Assembly (NCBI GenBank): GCA_050613775.1
Contig: JBODTK010000116.1
Span: 310,001-374,000, forward strand
DNA length: 64,000 bases
Source: Neocallimastix sp. 'constans'
Taxonomy: Eukaryota
Direction: 5' to 3'
Below are positions 1-14,608 of the stretch, piece by piece; within the stretch, counting starts at the first letter, position 1, and every line of letters begins with the position of its first letter. The notes below the pieces were generated by a model. That model worked only from the letters and a program-made list of their open reading frames with translations. It made no database searches and was not told the origin of the DNA. The position numbers and the translations under genes were made by a program.

Positions 1-343
1 AAATATATATATATAAAATTTAAAATATTTTAAAAAATAAATATAAAAATATAATAAATGAATAAATATACAATGTATATTAATTAAATTTTTAAAATAT
101 TTCAAAACTAATTAAATTAATAACAAATGAATAAAAAACCGAAAGAAAAAAAGAAAAAAAATAAAAATTAAGTAAAAAAAAATAATTGTTTGATTTTAAT
201 ATTATAATTATTAAATTTAATTTGTCATTAAAATAATTTTTATTACTTATTTTAATAAGTATTAAATATTATATGAAATATATATAAATTAAAAAAAAAA
301 AGAGTATGATAAAATATAAAATATTTTTATAATATGCGTTAAT

Positions 344-389
<46 letters not shown>

Positions 390-1095
390 AATATATTAAA
401 AAAACAAAAAATAAAAAAAAATAAAATAAATAAAATTAAAAATACAAATGAAATATATTACCAATAAAAATTTTGTAATTTATAAAAATATATTGATAAT
501 ATATAATCGGAAAAAAAATAAAATACAAAGAAATAAAAATGAATAAAATAAAATTAATTACTAAAAAATAATAAAAATAGAATAAGCAATTATATAAAAG
601 AATTTACATTCCAAATAGTAAATTAAATCATATTATAAATGGGAATGATAAATATCTTTGATACTCAAATTTTTACATATAATCTTAATATCTTTAAATA
701 ATAATAAGAAAAAAAAGTTTATTTATATTAAAAAAAAAAAAAAAAAATTAATAAAACACAAATAAAAATTATTTTATATATATTAAATTTTAATATTATA
801 TAAACTTTATAATAATAATAATTAACATTTAAATTAAATGGTAAAAGTTAATATATAAATTTAATCCCTTTTTTTTTTAAACATTTGTTTTCCTTATAGA
901 GCAATTTCCATAATAACTTTAATATAAATAAAAAAAAAAATTAATATTAATCTAAATGGTTTATCTGAAATTAGCATTAACATAAAAATAATAAAGATGA
1001 ATTAAGAAAATAATAAATAATGCATAATATAATGAAAGAATATTAATATTAATATATATATATTAATAATTTATAAAATTTATATTAATTGTAAG

Positions 1096-1128
<33 letters not shown>

Positions 1129-1223
1129 AAATGTTACTTTGAATATCAAAAGAAAAGTACAATCTTAATTAAAATTTTTAAAATATATAAATTAATATAA
1201 TACAGAAAAAATATATTAAACTT

Positions 1224-1259
<36 letters not shown>

Positions 1260-2777
1260 CGAGAGAAAAATTCACAAAAAATTTAAAAAATTTTTTTATA
1301 TGAAAAAGAAGTTAAAAATAAAATAGTTTTCTATATAGTATAGCAATACATATATATACAGAAAACTTAATTAAAGATGTATATTTAATATAAAATATTT
1401 TATGATATTATATTATTAAATATTATTATATTTAGACCTCTTTTTTTTTTTTTTTTCCAGTTTTTGTACATGTGTTAAATAATAATAATATATAAATTTT
1501 TATATATAAAAACTCTTTAATAATAAATAATTAATTCAAGTTGATTCATAATAAATAAATTCAAAAATATTTTTTAAATTATATTTAAATGAACGATTAT
1601 GTATAATCTAAACGAAAAATATTTGAAAGCCTTATTGTATAAAATCAATAAAAAAAGATAATCATTAATGAAAAAATATAAATAATTATTAATTTTCAAA
1701 TAACTATATTGTGTTGTAATATAATATATATTACTTAAAAGATTTATATCATTAAAATAATAAAGAAAAAAAAAAAGAATAAAAAAGAAAAAAAATTTAT
1801 TATTTTTTATAAAAATTTAAAAAGGTTATCATTTTATATATATATATATATATGTATATTTTTTTTTTTCTTTTAAATTGTCATACATATAATATATTGT
1901 GAAATAACGTTATTATATTTAAACAGATGTATTTATGAAAGTATATTTAATATAAAAAAAATATTTACTACCAAATAATAATAATATTTACTACCAAATC
2001 CATATTTATTATTAAATAAAATTTAATAATAAATAATTATATAATATTATTGTTGATATTAAGGATAAGAAAAAATATTAAGAGTAATTTATAAAATAAA
2101 ATATATATAATAATAGTAATTATAGATAATATTAATAACTAGAGAATAAAGGATTAAAAATGAAGAATATTTTATTAAAAATTTAATATTATGCTCTTCA
2201 CTTTAATATAATTTTTTTTTTTTTTTTTTTTTTTTACTTATAGATATTCATAAATATATAATATTAATATGGTGTCACTTTTTTTTTTTTTTTTTTTTTT
2301 TTAATTTTAATAATTAAGATTTTGTTTTAAAAATATGTATATTATAATAATTATAGTAACCATTTTTAGTATTATCATTAATATTATGTTAAATTTAATT
2401 TAATAAAAGGAAATTTGAAAATTAATTTAAAATTAAAAATATCTGTTTATATTTAAATATATGATCATTACATGTAAAAAAAAATATAAAAATATACATT
2501 TATATGTATATACATATATAAATTTTTTTATATATATCAATTTAATAGTAAATACGAATTTAAAAGGGTAAAATAGAAATAATTAAACTTATATATATAT
2601 ATATATAAGTTTAAAATTAATATTAATTAAAAAAAATAATATATAGCAGAAAAATTATAATATATATGATATTAATAATTATAATACTTCTATTATTTAT
2701 CTAATTAAAAAATATATTCTTATATAATTTTTACTACATATTGTAATTTAATTTAATAAAACTAAATTTATTTATTA

Positions 2778-4333
2778 TTATTTATAGTAATATATAACAT
2801 TATTTTGTGATATATTAGGAACAGTAACATAAGGCTGAACAAATGAAACTGGTTTCTGAATTTGATCAGCTTTAGGAGTTGATAAATATTGAGGTGTGGT
2901 ATCTACATAAGTAGTGGCTGTTATTGTTATTGGTATATTATTTTGGTTTACATTATTTATATCATTATTATAATTGGTGAATGAAATACTATTATTAGTT
3001 GGTGATAATAAATTACTCTTTTGAGTGTTTCCATTATTAATTACAGGATTATTATATATAATATACTGATTATTTTTTAAGGAATGGTTTGGGTATTCAG
3101 ATGATATTGGTGATGAAAAATAAGAAATAGTGGAATAATTTTGATAGTCATCTTGTTGATTATTTACATAATCATTATTATTATTATTGCTATAATTGTT
3201 ATTATTTATATTGTTGATATCAGTAATACATATAATTGACCATTTTGAATTATTATTATTATTATTATTATTATTACTGTTACTATCATATATACCATTT
3301 TTATCTTGAATTTGATTGAAACTTTTATTATTATTAATACTAGTCATATTATTATTGATATTAAAATTATTATTATAATTATAACTAGTATTAATGTTGT
3401 TAGCATGTTTTAAATTAATTTGTTTATATTTCATGCTATTGGAATATCTATTTAAAGTTTTTTCAATATTATCAATGAGAATTTCTTCATAATGACATAT
3501 ATGAGAGTATCTGCTATCATTACATAGTTCTTTCCATGTTTTCGAAACAAGAAGACTACTAATATTATCTGGTGAAGTTCCAACTTTGTTAATAATAGTA
3601 CTCCATAAAAGCTTAATTTGTTGAGTAGTTTTAGCATATGAATGAAGAGATCTACATAAACGTTCATAACCTAGTACCATATAAAATTAAATATATAAAT
3701 TTAAGAATAAATATATTTAGTTATATAAATATTTAATGTTTTTAGATTACATGACTAAAATAAAGAAGTAAAAATTATTCACACTTGGTTGAATATCAAA
3801 TTCTTCAAGTTGATCTAAAACTTTAGCGGAAATCAAATAACGATAAGCTTCTGTTACGTTATTAATAATGAATAAGATATTTTAATTATTTTTTTTTTTT
3901 TGAACTTTAAAAATTATATATTATAAATATTATAAATACTTACGAGCTCTATAAGATTTAAGATAGAAGATTTAAGATCAAGGAAAAAAAAATTTTTTTG
4001 AGAATAAAGAAAATTTTAATTAATAAAAATAAGTAAAAAAAAAAAAAGAATAAGAGTTTAATAATTATATACATACTTTGAAATATTCCATTTCATTTTA
4101 ACGAATTCTCCAAAGCTATAACCTTGCTTTTTATATTCTTTTAAATTAAGGTGATATTGAACACTTTTAACTAAGTTTTTAAATTTTTTTTGTTTCTCTA
4201 AATAAGTAGAGTAAACTCTAAATAATAAAAAAACAACAAAAATGTTATAATTTTAATATTAATAATATTCTTAATTATTTTAAATATAAGGTAAATAAAA
4301 TATTTACTGTTCATATGCTTCTGAATTTCCCAT
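2778..4333 (-). CDS. 5-exon gene: N-terminal helical/HTH-like domain plus Asn-rich low-complexity tail
   Basis: Manual GT-AG splicing of exons 4333-4308, 4217-4077, 3948-3944 (5 nt), 3850-3785 and 3670-2778 gives one open frame: MGNSEAYEQVYSTYLEKQKKFKNLVKSVQYHLNLKEYKKQGYSFGEFVKMKWNISKAQAYRYLISAKVLDQLEEFDIQPSYERLCRSL..., joining ORF 2778..3680. Confidence 0.85.
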
Positions 4334-4821
4334 TTATTATTATTATTATTAGAATTTTTTTATCTTTTTTTTTTTTTTTTTTTTTATTTTATAAAAAACT
4401 TGAAGTTAAAATTTAAGCAATAAAAAAAATTAATGAATTTTATATGATATTAAAAATATTATTACTATTAAAAAAAAAAAAAAAAAAAAAAGAAACAAAA
4501 ATCATTTCTTAAATAAATTTTCGAAATTTTAAAATTATTAAATATATATATATATATTTTCCTAAATAGTGTCCCTTATTTCATATATAAATAAACTTTT
4601 CATTTTAATAATTTTTTATTTTTTTAAATTTTAATATAAAAAGTACAAAAGTAAAAATTTAAAAATTAAATAGAACAATAGATAAAACATTTAGATACAT
4701 AGAACAATTATAAAACATTTGGATCCATAAAAAAAAAAATAATAAATAAAGTTACATTTTTTAAAATATTTAATATAATATTTATTTTTATAGATAGTCT
4801 TTTCAATTACTCAATATAATT

Positions 4822-5040
4822 ATTTTTGTTATTTTATTTCAGGAAGGTTTCGCCTTTAAGGGAATATTGATGTAGTCACAATCCTTCCATATAGGCAGAA
4901 ATGTCCCTACTGGCTAGCCTTCCTAAGTATTCAGAATTGGCACTTTGACATGCATATTATTGTTGAAAATTTTCTTGTACGCTTTTTCTCGGAGTTATTC
5001 ACCAGTTTTTTATTGATTGAAATACCAAATTTCTTCACTT
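4822..5040 (-). mobile_element. Degenerate non-LTR retroelement 3'-end fragment
   Basis: GC-enriched island carrying a variant of the shared hairpin (minus strand GCC AAT TCTGA ATAC TTAGG AA GGC, 4916-4947) followed by an A-rich tail. No TSD found; boundaries approximate. Confidence 0.5.
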
Positions 5041-5718
5041 TATTATATATATTTACTTTCATTTTCTTTTCATTTTTATTTAATCAAATAAACAAATAAT
5101 TATAATATATAACTTAAATATATAATATTTTAATTAAAAATAATTAAATTTATTATATTATAATTATTTTAAATTAAATTAAGATATTATTTATATAATA
5201 TAAAAATTTATTATTTAAATATATTAATTTATGTAAATAAAAGTTTTATCTTTTACTTTATTTTATATAGTGCACTTTAAATATATTTAAAGCTCACTAT
5301 TATTTTATTTTAATTTATTCAATCTGTGATTAATATTTATATTTTTACTATTTATTTTTTTATTCAATCTGTTCTTTATATTTATACTCTGATATTTACT
5401 TTATTTTATTTTATATATTACAAGAAGATTCGTTTTATTTCTTAATAAAAAATAATAATAGTAATAAATATAGCAATAAAAAAAAAGGATATATAAATAA
5501 TTAATTTATCACTTCATCCATTTATTTATTTAGGTGGATTTAAAGTCATTTCTTTTTTTATATATATAAATATATAATAAAAAATTTTTAATATATATAT
5601 ATATATTTTTTTTAAATATTATTATTATATTAATTTTAATTTATTTTTTAAATTATTTAAAATAAAAAAAAAAAAAAAAAAATTATTGAACCATAAATAC
5701 TTTTTTATGACTATTAAT

Positions 5719-5911
5719 TTACAGTGTCCAGCTCCTCTGGGATGGCAAGGACGCCACCTATAGTTGGCTCTGCTTTCCCTCGAGGATCGCGTAGGGTGCT
5801 TCTATATGGAGTTTCTTTGCTTATGGGGAGTTGAGAGCGTCGACGCCGTACCGGTATGGCAGTTAATCATACACCCATATTACTATATGGGGAAGACCAA
5901 AGTCTTCAGTC

Positions 5912-5946
<35 letters not shown>
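5719..5946 (+). mobile_element. Short poly(A) retroposon (5'-truncated SINE or LINE tail) with 12-bp TSD
   Basis: GC-rich ~195-nt body plus A-tail, flanked by ATGACTATTAAT at 5707-5718 and 5947-5958. Shared motif at 5831-5861; hairpins CCCATAT/ATATGGG and GAAGAC/GTCTTC near the 3' end. Confidence 0.9.
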
Positions 5947-5949
<3 letters not shown>

Positions 5950-6974
5950 ACTATTAATGAAACAATTTTATCAGTTAAATTTAAAATATATTAAATAATA
6001 CAAAAAAGTAAAAGTCTAATGTAATAGAAATGTTTATGTAATAAATAATTGTAATAATATAATAATATATATAATAAATATATATAATATATTTGAAAAT
6101 AATAAATTTAGGATTTGAATTTAATTATATTAAATATTTATTTATAAAATATATTAATTTTTAATAGTCGGAAAATAAAAAATAATAAAAAAATTTTAAA
6201 TATAAATTATTAAATCTTAAAAATTAACAATTATTATTTTTAATTTAAATAATTAAAAAATTTTATTAATTATAATTATTTATTGTAATAATTATAATTG
6301 GTATACTTTTTATTATTATTTGGTTTTTGACCGTCTTTATAATTATAGTACTACTATTTTATAATATTAATTTCGTTATTTTATTAATTTTCTTTTTTCA
6401 TATTTTAGAGTTTTTGTTTTCGTGTGTATAATAAATTATTGAAATATTAAATTTTCATTAAGGAAATGAGAAAAATAAATAATATGAACAATTAATTTAT
6501 TCATTAAAATTTAATATTATTACAAGACATAATTAATATTAATAATTTAGTATTACTAATATGAACTTAAAATTAATATTAATAATAATTTAAGTTGTAA
6601 TTTATGATTTATGATTTGTAATTTATGCATTAAAAATGACAACAATTGTATAAATCAAAATTACTATCAATATAAAATAAAATAATAGTAAAAAATTAAT
6701 TTAAGTAAAAGTATATAAAAAGTGGATAAAAAAAAATAATAATAAATAATTATATAAGGTTTTATTAGCTTTAATATAAGGTAAATAATTTTTAATTAAA
6801 TGGAAAATTTAATTTATATAATTTTTGTTGGAAAATAATTTCTTTTATTTATTAAATATTAATTATTACATTTTTATTATTCTCGTATTTTCGTATAGAA
6901 TATTATAAAAATAAGTTATTATTAATTAACTATTTTGATTTTTAATTATTCCTGTATTTACATTTAATTCATTT

Positions 6975-7920
6975 CTTAGCCACACGCATTTCAATGCACA
7001 TTCATTAAGACTATAATATTCACTTTCAGTGGTCGATACTAATACGCAATATTGGAGTTTTAAATACCACGAAATTGGTATATTTCCATATATTAATTAA
7101 AAAGACCAGTTGTTGATCTTTTCGTATCTTCATCATCGCCTGAGTCTGTATCTACATAAATATTTAAATTTATATTGTTAGTGATTTTAATTCATAATTT
7201 TTTGTACCTTTTAGGTATCTGAAAATTTTCAGAACATTTAACCAGTTTTTATAGGTAGGATTTTTATTTTTTCGTGAGGCTTTACTGATAGCAAACAAAA
7301 TGCTTAGCTTTGCTTCTATTGCTAAATGTAGTAAACCCATCTACAATTTGTATGTATCTTGTTGGGTTAAATTTTCTTTTTCTTAATTCTTCATTTTGAA
7401 TGTAAGTCAAACTTGATAATTCATTATATTTTTCTATTTCAAAATTTTCAAAATTTTATTTAAATATTGTAATTAATGAATAATATATCAATATTTTATT
7501 AAAATGAATTTTATTCCAATTATAAAATCCATTGGTCCAATATCATTTATATCTAATACTTTCTTAATTTCTGCTTTAACAAAATTAATTTTATTTTTCT
7601 TTATTGATATAATTATATCATCAATATATAAGGCTAATATACATAAAAATTTACCTTTATAATAAGCATAAGCATATGGTTCGCTTTTTGATCTGATAAA
7701 ATTTTATTTTAATAATGTGTTATTTTTTTTTATTATTCCTCATTTTTCCTGCTTGTTTTAAACCATATATAGTTTTGTTTAATTTCCAAAGACCTGCAGG
7801 ATTTTCAAAACCATCAAGAACTATAAACTTCCATGTATAAATCTTCATAATCTTCGGCATTAAGGTATTCTTCTTTAATATCTGATTGATATATCTCAAA
7901 GTTCATTTTGATCTTTTGTT
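6975..7920 (-). mobile_element. Ty1/Copia pol relic (RT and RNase H), pseudogenised
   Basis: Minus-strand fragments read WKLNKTIYGLKQAGK, ALYIDDII, YVDTDSGDDEDTKRSTTG and STTESEYYSLNEC, matching Copia RT (LYGLKQ, YVDD) and RNase H motifs, with stops and frameshifts. Confidence 0.9.
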
Positions 7921-8419
7921 AATTTAACTTTACTTTTATTTTTATTATTATGTAATATTACTTCACTTTAATTATATTTAATTAATATAATAATTTTTTT
8001 TTATTTTAACCCTTACTAATTAATAAATTTCTTTAATATTACTCTGGAATAATTAAGAGCACTTGAGATTCTTAATCTGCTGAAAAATAATAATTTTTAT
8101 TATTAAAAATTAATTAATTATTACAATTGTATTATTCTCATATTTATATATAATCTATTTTTTTTTTTTAAATTAGGAAGAGAATACACTTCCAGTGCTT
8201 TATTAAATTGATAAATATATTTTTATGTATTACATTTTTTAAAAATACATTATATAATTTAAAGATAAAAAATAAAATGTATATAAAAGGTCAAATATAT
8301 TAAAAAATAATAAAAATAAAAAAATAGACAAATTTTAATTAATCATTGGAAATTAGAATAAAAATATGTTCAAAATTTAAAAAAATTTCAGTATGATGTA
8401 TCTATGTGAAGTAACATGA

Positions 8420-8870
8420 TCACCAGTTAAATCTGAAATAATAAAACAAAAAAGAAACATCTTTAAAAAGGATAATGTGGTATCTACTAAACTCCCCTTG
8501 GACCACAAAAAAAGATCATCAAAAATTGAATTTATTTACTATATTTTCTGTTTTTGGAACTGTTAGTAAATGTATATTGATGAGAATTAACAGGACTACT
8601 AACCCTTCCTTTTACATATCAGTATGACGTCGGCTCTCTTGGTAATGGAAGTGTTTTTACTAAACCTCTCAAAAAGTAATTCAGGAGAACTACTAATAAT
8701 TGGTATTGAATTTAGCAAGATATTCCCCAAGTCTCACAATATATGGAACAGTAGACTCCTGTGAACTTTTTTGGAGTTGTTCACTTAAATGTTTCCGTTT
8801 CCCAGTATCAAATTGTAGCTCATCTAAAGCTGAAATTCCACCAAGAAATCTAATTTATTTAAGTTGCATT
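8420..8870 (-). mobile_element. LINE ORF C-terminal / 3'-end relic (diverged subfamily)
   Basis: Minus strand reads FLGGISALDEL...VPYIVRLGEYL..IPIISSSPELLFERFSKNTSITKRADVILI, ending in the shared motif (8612-8641). Boundaries approximate. Confidence 0.65.
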
Positions 8871-9380
8871 TTATTCACTTATTTATTTTCTAATACTATA
8901 AAAATAAGTTTTTACTAATTAACTATATTATATTTAAAAATGTAGAATATTAAACTTAATTTCTAACAATTATATATATTCATTATATATATATATATAT
9001 ACTTTTTTTTTTTTTTTTTTTAATAATTATTGGATTACGAATAATACTAATATAAATATTTTTTATTATATATATATATATTTTTTTTATAATCTTTATA
9101 ATTTATTATTTATTAAATATTAAATATTATTTATATATTTTTTATTTTATTATTATATATTAAATATTATTTATTATTTATTATATATATTTTTTTATTT
9201 TATTATTATATATTAAATATTATTTATTATTTATTATATATATTTTTTTATTTTATTATTATATATAAAATATTATTGTTTTCATTATTTTATTATTATA
9301 TATTATATTATTTTATATATAATTTTATTATATTATTATTATATTAAATATTATTTATTATTTTTTTTTTTATTTATTTT

Positions 9381-11742
9381 TTAATCTTCCAATTGAGTGG
9401 TTTCAAGGAATCTTTTTGTTTTAAAGAAATAATAGTAAACAAATAAAAAAGTAATATAAATTATTAGTGAACAGAAACATTTAGAAATAAATTTTATAAT
9501 TCATTAAAAGTTGTATTATGTATTGATATTTTATTTTATTTAATTATTTATTTATTAGTTTGTTTACTTTTTTTTTTTTTTTTTTTTTTATTAAATATAT
9601 ATATATATATATTATTTTACCTTTTATATTTCTCATTTTTATTAACAATATCTGATGGTACAAGGAATAAGAAAGAAACTAATGTATCCATTTCTTTAAT
9701 TTTATCTTTAAATAATTTATTAAATACTAAAAAGGTGAAAAAAAGGACAATAAGTATTCCAATAGTAATAATTATTATTTCATTTTTTGATTGTTCTTCT
9801 ATATAACTAACGGAATAATCAGTTAATTTTGAATCTATATATTGAATATCTCCAAAAATATTATCCATTAATTTATCTTGTAATTTAAAGAATTTATCAT
9901 TGCATATTTGATTATATATAATTCCTATATTTTCTTTATTTGTAAATGGCAATCTAATGTATTTTCCTTGTTCAACATTATTTTTAAAGTTTTCAACTCT
10001 ATACAAATATTCTATTATTAATTCGTTTAAAGGCAATGTAGCAATTTCTTCAGTAAAATCTATAGTTTTATAAGACATAATTTATATAATTTTTTATAAA
10101 AATTTTCTTATTATTAAAATTCTACTATAAATATTTAAAATATTATTTTATAAATACAATAAAATTATATATAACCTACCATAACTTGAGTCATATTCTA
10201 ATGATTCACATGAAGGAGCTCCAGTGTTCTGTGCGAATCTAAAACAACCATTTTCTTTTAAAACTTCATCAAATATTGGATAGCTATCAAATGTCGGACC
10301 ACCATAAGATCCTGATCTTAACTCCTCCTGAATAGTCTAATGATTTTAAATAGTTATATATGATTAAATAAAATTATTAAAATTTAGCATTTAAATGAAA
10401 TATATTAATAATTTAAAACAAAATATTAAAATAAAATTTAAATTATTAAATATAACTAGAAGAAAAAAAAAAAAAAAAGGAAAAACTAAAATTAATATAA
10501 AATAATTTTTTACTAATAATCTAATAAGATTAATATATACTAACTTTTAATTTTAAAATATTTTCATCTAAAACTCTTTCAGGTTCATTTTCCAAAAATA
10601 TGGATCTATCTTGGTTAATTACTTCATACGTATATAATTGAATGGATTTCAAGAGTGTTAATCTATCTACCTATTAATTATTATTATTAAATAATAATAG
10701 TAAAATATAAATTAAAAATATATGAAATAATAATAATAATAATAAAAATAAATAAAAATAAATAAAAATAAATAAAATATATAAAAATTTTTTGTAAAGT
10801 TTGTTATTATTTATTAATAAATAAATAAAATATATCTTATTTTAATATTACAGATTTTTGTAAGATAGTTATAATGTCTTTTTCATTAGATGATGTTTTC
10901 TTTTTTATTAAAAAAATTTTTATTTAATAAGTTCAGTTAAAAATATATTCTAAATAGTGATGTTGATGATTTATAATAAAACTTACTAATATAGGAATAT
11001 TTGATAGAGAAACATAAACTAAAATAATTATAAATGATATTATTAATTTTACATTAGTGTATGATCTTATTTTTGCAGCTTTGGAATGATTTTCTGTAGT
11101 TTCTTTATCGAGATCAAAGTTTTCACATAATGTTTCTATCTTCTCTTCATAATCCCTAATTACTATTTCAAAATGTTCTAATAAATTTTTATTATTTATT
11201 TATTATTTTTTTTTATAATAATAATACTTTTAAATTAATATTGAAATTTTTAATATTAAAATATAATAATATTAGTACCTTTTGTAAAATATTTAAATAT
11301 CTTAAATGAATTTATCACTATTTTATTTGTTGCTTTTTTCAAAGGAATGAAATCTATTTCACAATAATTAAATAAAAAAAATAAAATTAATTTGATAATT
11401 TTTTTTTAAAAATTAAAAAAATAACTTTTTTTTTTAGTATAATTACTAATATATGCAATCCCCAGGACATCAATAATTAGTAAAAACATGAAACTAAATA
11501 CAATATATTTTATATTGTTGAACAATGAAAATATTTTATTACTTAAAATTTCTTTACATTGATTAAAAACATTATCAAAATTTGATTTAGAATTTACTAT
11601 ATATTAGTTTAAAAAAAAAATTGAATATATTTATTAATATATACTATTTATGAAAATATTATTAATATAATACGATAAATTATCAGAATATTACATATGA
11701 AATATCTTTTGGGGTATATTCACAAAAATAGATATATAATGA

Positions 11743-11774
<32 letters not shown>

Positions 11775-11836
11775 GAATAATAATAGAATAATAATAATAA
11801 ATTAATATTTTAATAAAAAAATAATTATTTAATGAA

Positions 11837-11877
<41 letters not shown>

Positions 11878-14203
11878 TAATCTTTACTTAAAATGAGGTT
11901 CATATAAAATATTGTATACAGTTTCGTTATCATTCAACATTCCTTTTTTTTAGTTTTTTGTTTTTTAATTATGTAATTTTTATGTTGTACACATATTTAT
12001 TATTAAAAAAAAATTTTTTTTTTCATTAAATATGTTTAGATATATAAATTAATACATAATATAAAAAATAAATATATATTTTTATTTTATTAATAATTAC
12101 CTCTATTTGTGCAATATTTAATATTGGATAAAAATTTTTTATAGGAATCTGCTATTGTTTTTGCTTCATAAGAATCATAAGCATATTCACCAACAGGAAC
12201 TGCTAATTGGTATTCATTTTCGATATCCATATATTCATTAACACTTGGTAAGTTTACGATATCCAAATAGTTAAGAGTACCTTTTATGGTTCCTAGATTT
12301 TTTGGATAATTTCTCATGTCTTTTAATATTAAGTTATAAGAAAGTAATCTTATTGCTAATGTTACTGTCTTCATTGCTCCAGGAATATTAATATTTCTCG
12401 ATAAAGTAGATGAATAGATTTTTGCATTATTAAAAAAAACTAATGTTATCAAAGCTCTTTTTTTTTTTTTTTTTATCATTATCATTTATATAATGAAAAA
12501 ATTAAATATAAAGTTATTAATAATGATAATTATTGAAGAAAATTAATATTTTATTTTAAAATTAATTAAGGGTACTGATATATATTTTATTTTTATTTAT
12601 GCATACTGAATACTAAATAATATGACAAATAACCCAATTAAAATGTTCATATTTAGTTTAAGAGCTTTAATTCGTTCAATATATTTCTTTGTCATTGTAT
12701 TTCTGAAAAAAAAATATTAATTGAATTTATATATTAATATTAAAATATTAATTTTGCTTTTATAATTTTTAATATTCTTATAATATCTTATTCTTTCTTT
12801 AAAAATATATAAATATATATTTATAAATGAATTATGTACTTAAAATTAATTTTTTTTCTAAGTTCTCTTCCTAATCCTGCTCCTGACGCTGAATAATCTT
12901 CTGAATGTGATAAAGATACCAATGAATTTGATGAAGCTGATAATGATTTTTTATCTTTAGAATTGTTATTGAAAAGTAATATATTTTTATCAATTTGATT
13001 TGAAGACGCTTCATTTGTAGAATCATTAATAATATTTTTATCATATACTTTTTGAATCTATATTAAAGAATAAAATTAAAAAAAATTTATTTTTTTGATT
13101 CTTTCTTTTTTTTTCTTTTTTTTTTTTTAAAAAAAAAAAAATAGAAGATATAATTATTTTAAACTTACTTGTAGAGAATATTTATACTTTTTTCGAGAAA
13201 AAAATTTTATTATTTTTATTTAATTAATATTAGTAATTAATTATAAATAAAATAAAATTATAATTAATATTTCTATAATTAATACTTTAATTAATAATAC
13301 TTACAGCTAAATCTTCTTTATTCTTATAAATTTAAATTATATAATACAAAGAAAATATTTATATATATTATTAATTTTATTAATTTAACTTTCATTATAT
13401 ATTTACATTAATTATATTTTACCATAACATCGATTAAAAATAAAACATAAATTTTCATAACATCCTTTTAAATATATAATTATAATTATTTAAAAAAATA
13501 AATAAATTAATATATAAATATACATTATTAATTAATCTCTACATATAATTATTATTATTTTCTATACCTTAGCATCAGGAAAATGTCTAATAATATTATT
13601 ATACTGAGAATAAGCTGAATTTTGATAATTAGAAATTTTTGAAATCATACCTATATTGTTAGCTATATCTTTAGTATTGGTACTATTTCTTAATTTAGTA
13701 AATAATTCTTTAATTTCTTTTAATCCATGAATGTGTGTGATTACAGCATTAATTTTTAATTCTTCAAGTTTAATAGATAATTCTCTATATTTAATAAATA
13801 TCATAAAAAAAAAAAGAATCATATAAATATAAAAATTTATTTTAATACTATTTTTTTTTTCTTTTAATTTTTATATATATTTATTAATTATTTTATTAAT
13901 TAATTATATAATATAGATATATTTACACATCTTGAGAATTAATATTCATTGAATTCTCTCTTTTTTCAATTTCTATATAACTTAGTGCTTTATTAATTAA
14001 ATATTTTTTACTTATATCTAATTTAAGATCCATAGCATTATTTAACATTCCTTCAGTCTTGAATAATTCTTGATCATATTTTTGAAGTAAATTGTTTTCT
14101 TTATAAAATTTTTTCATTGAATAAATATAATACCATGCCATAATATAAACCTTTTTAGTATTAAATTTAATTAATTAATTATTATAATATATTTACTTAG
14201 TAT

Positions 14204-14255
<52 letters not shown>

Positions 14256-14497
14256 TTTTATTTTTATTTTTTTATTTTTTCAAAAATTTATATATATTTA
14301 CTTCAGCTTCATGTTTAAATTGTGTCAATCTTTGAGTAAAATTATATTTTATTAAATTAAAATTAATTTATTTATTTGAAATTAATATATAAAATATATA
14401 GATGAACATTTATCATTTACCCTTCTTCAAAAAGGTTCTTCATTAAAATAAATGCATCAAGATTTCTATTATTTCTTTTTTAAATGAAAATGAAAAA

Positions 14498-14569
<72 letters not shown>

Positions 14570-14573
14570 GTAA

Positions 14574-14608
<35 letters not shown>

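Noticed and set aside
8700..8918. Plus-strand 72-aa ORF (also 27304..27534 and 48427..48678)
   Set aside because: Antisense or chance frames across mobile-element sequence.
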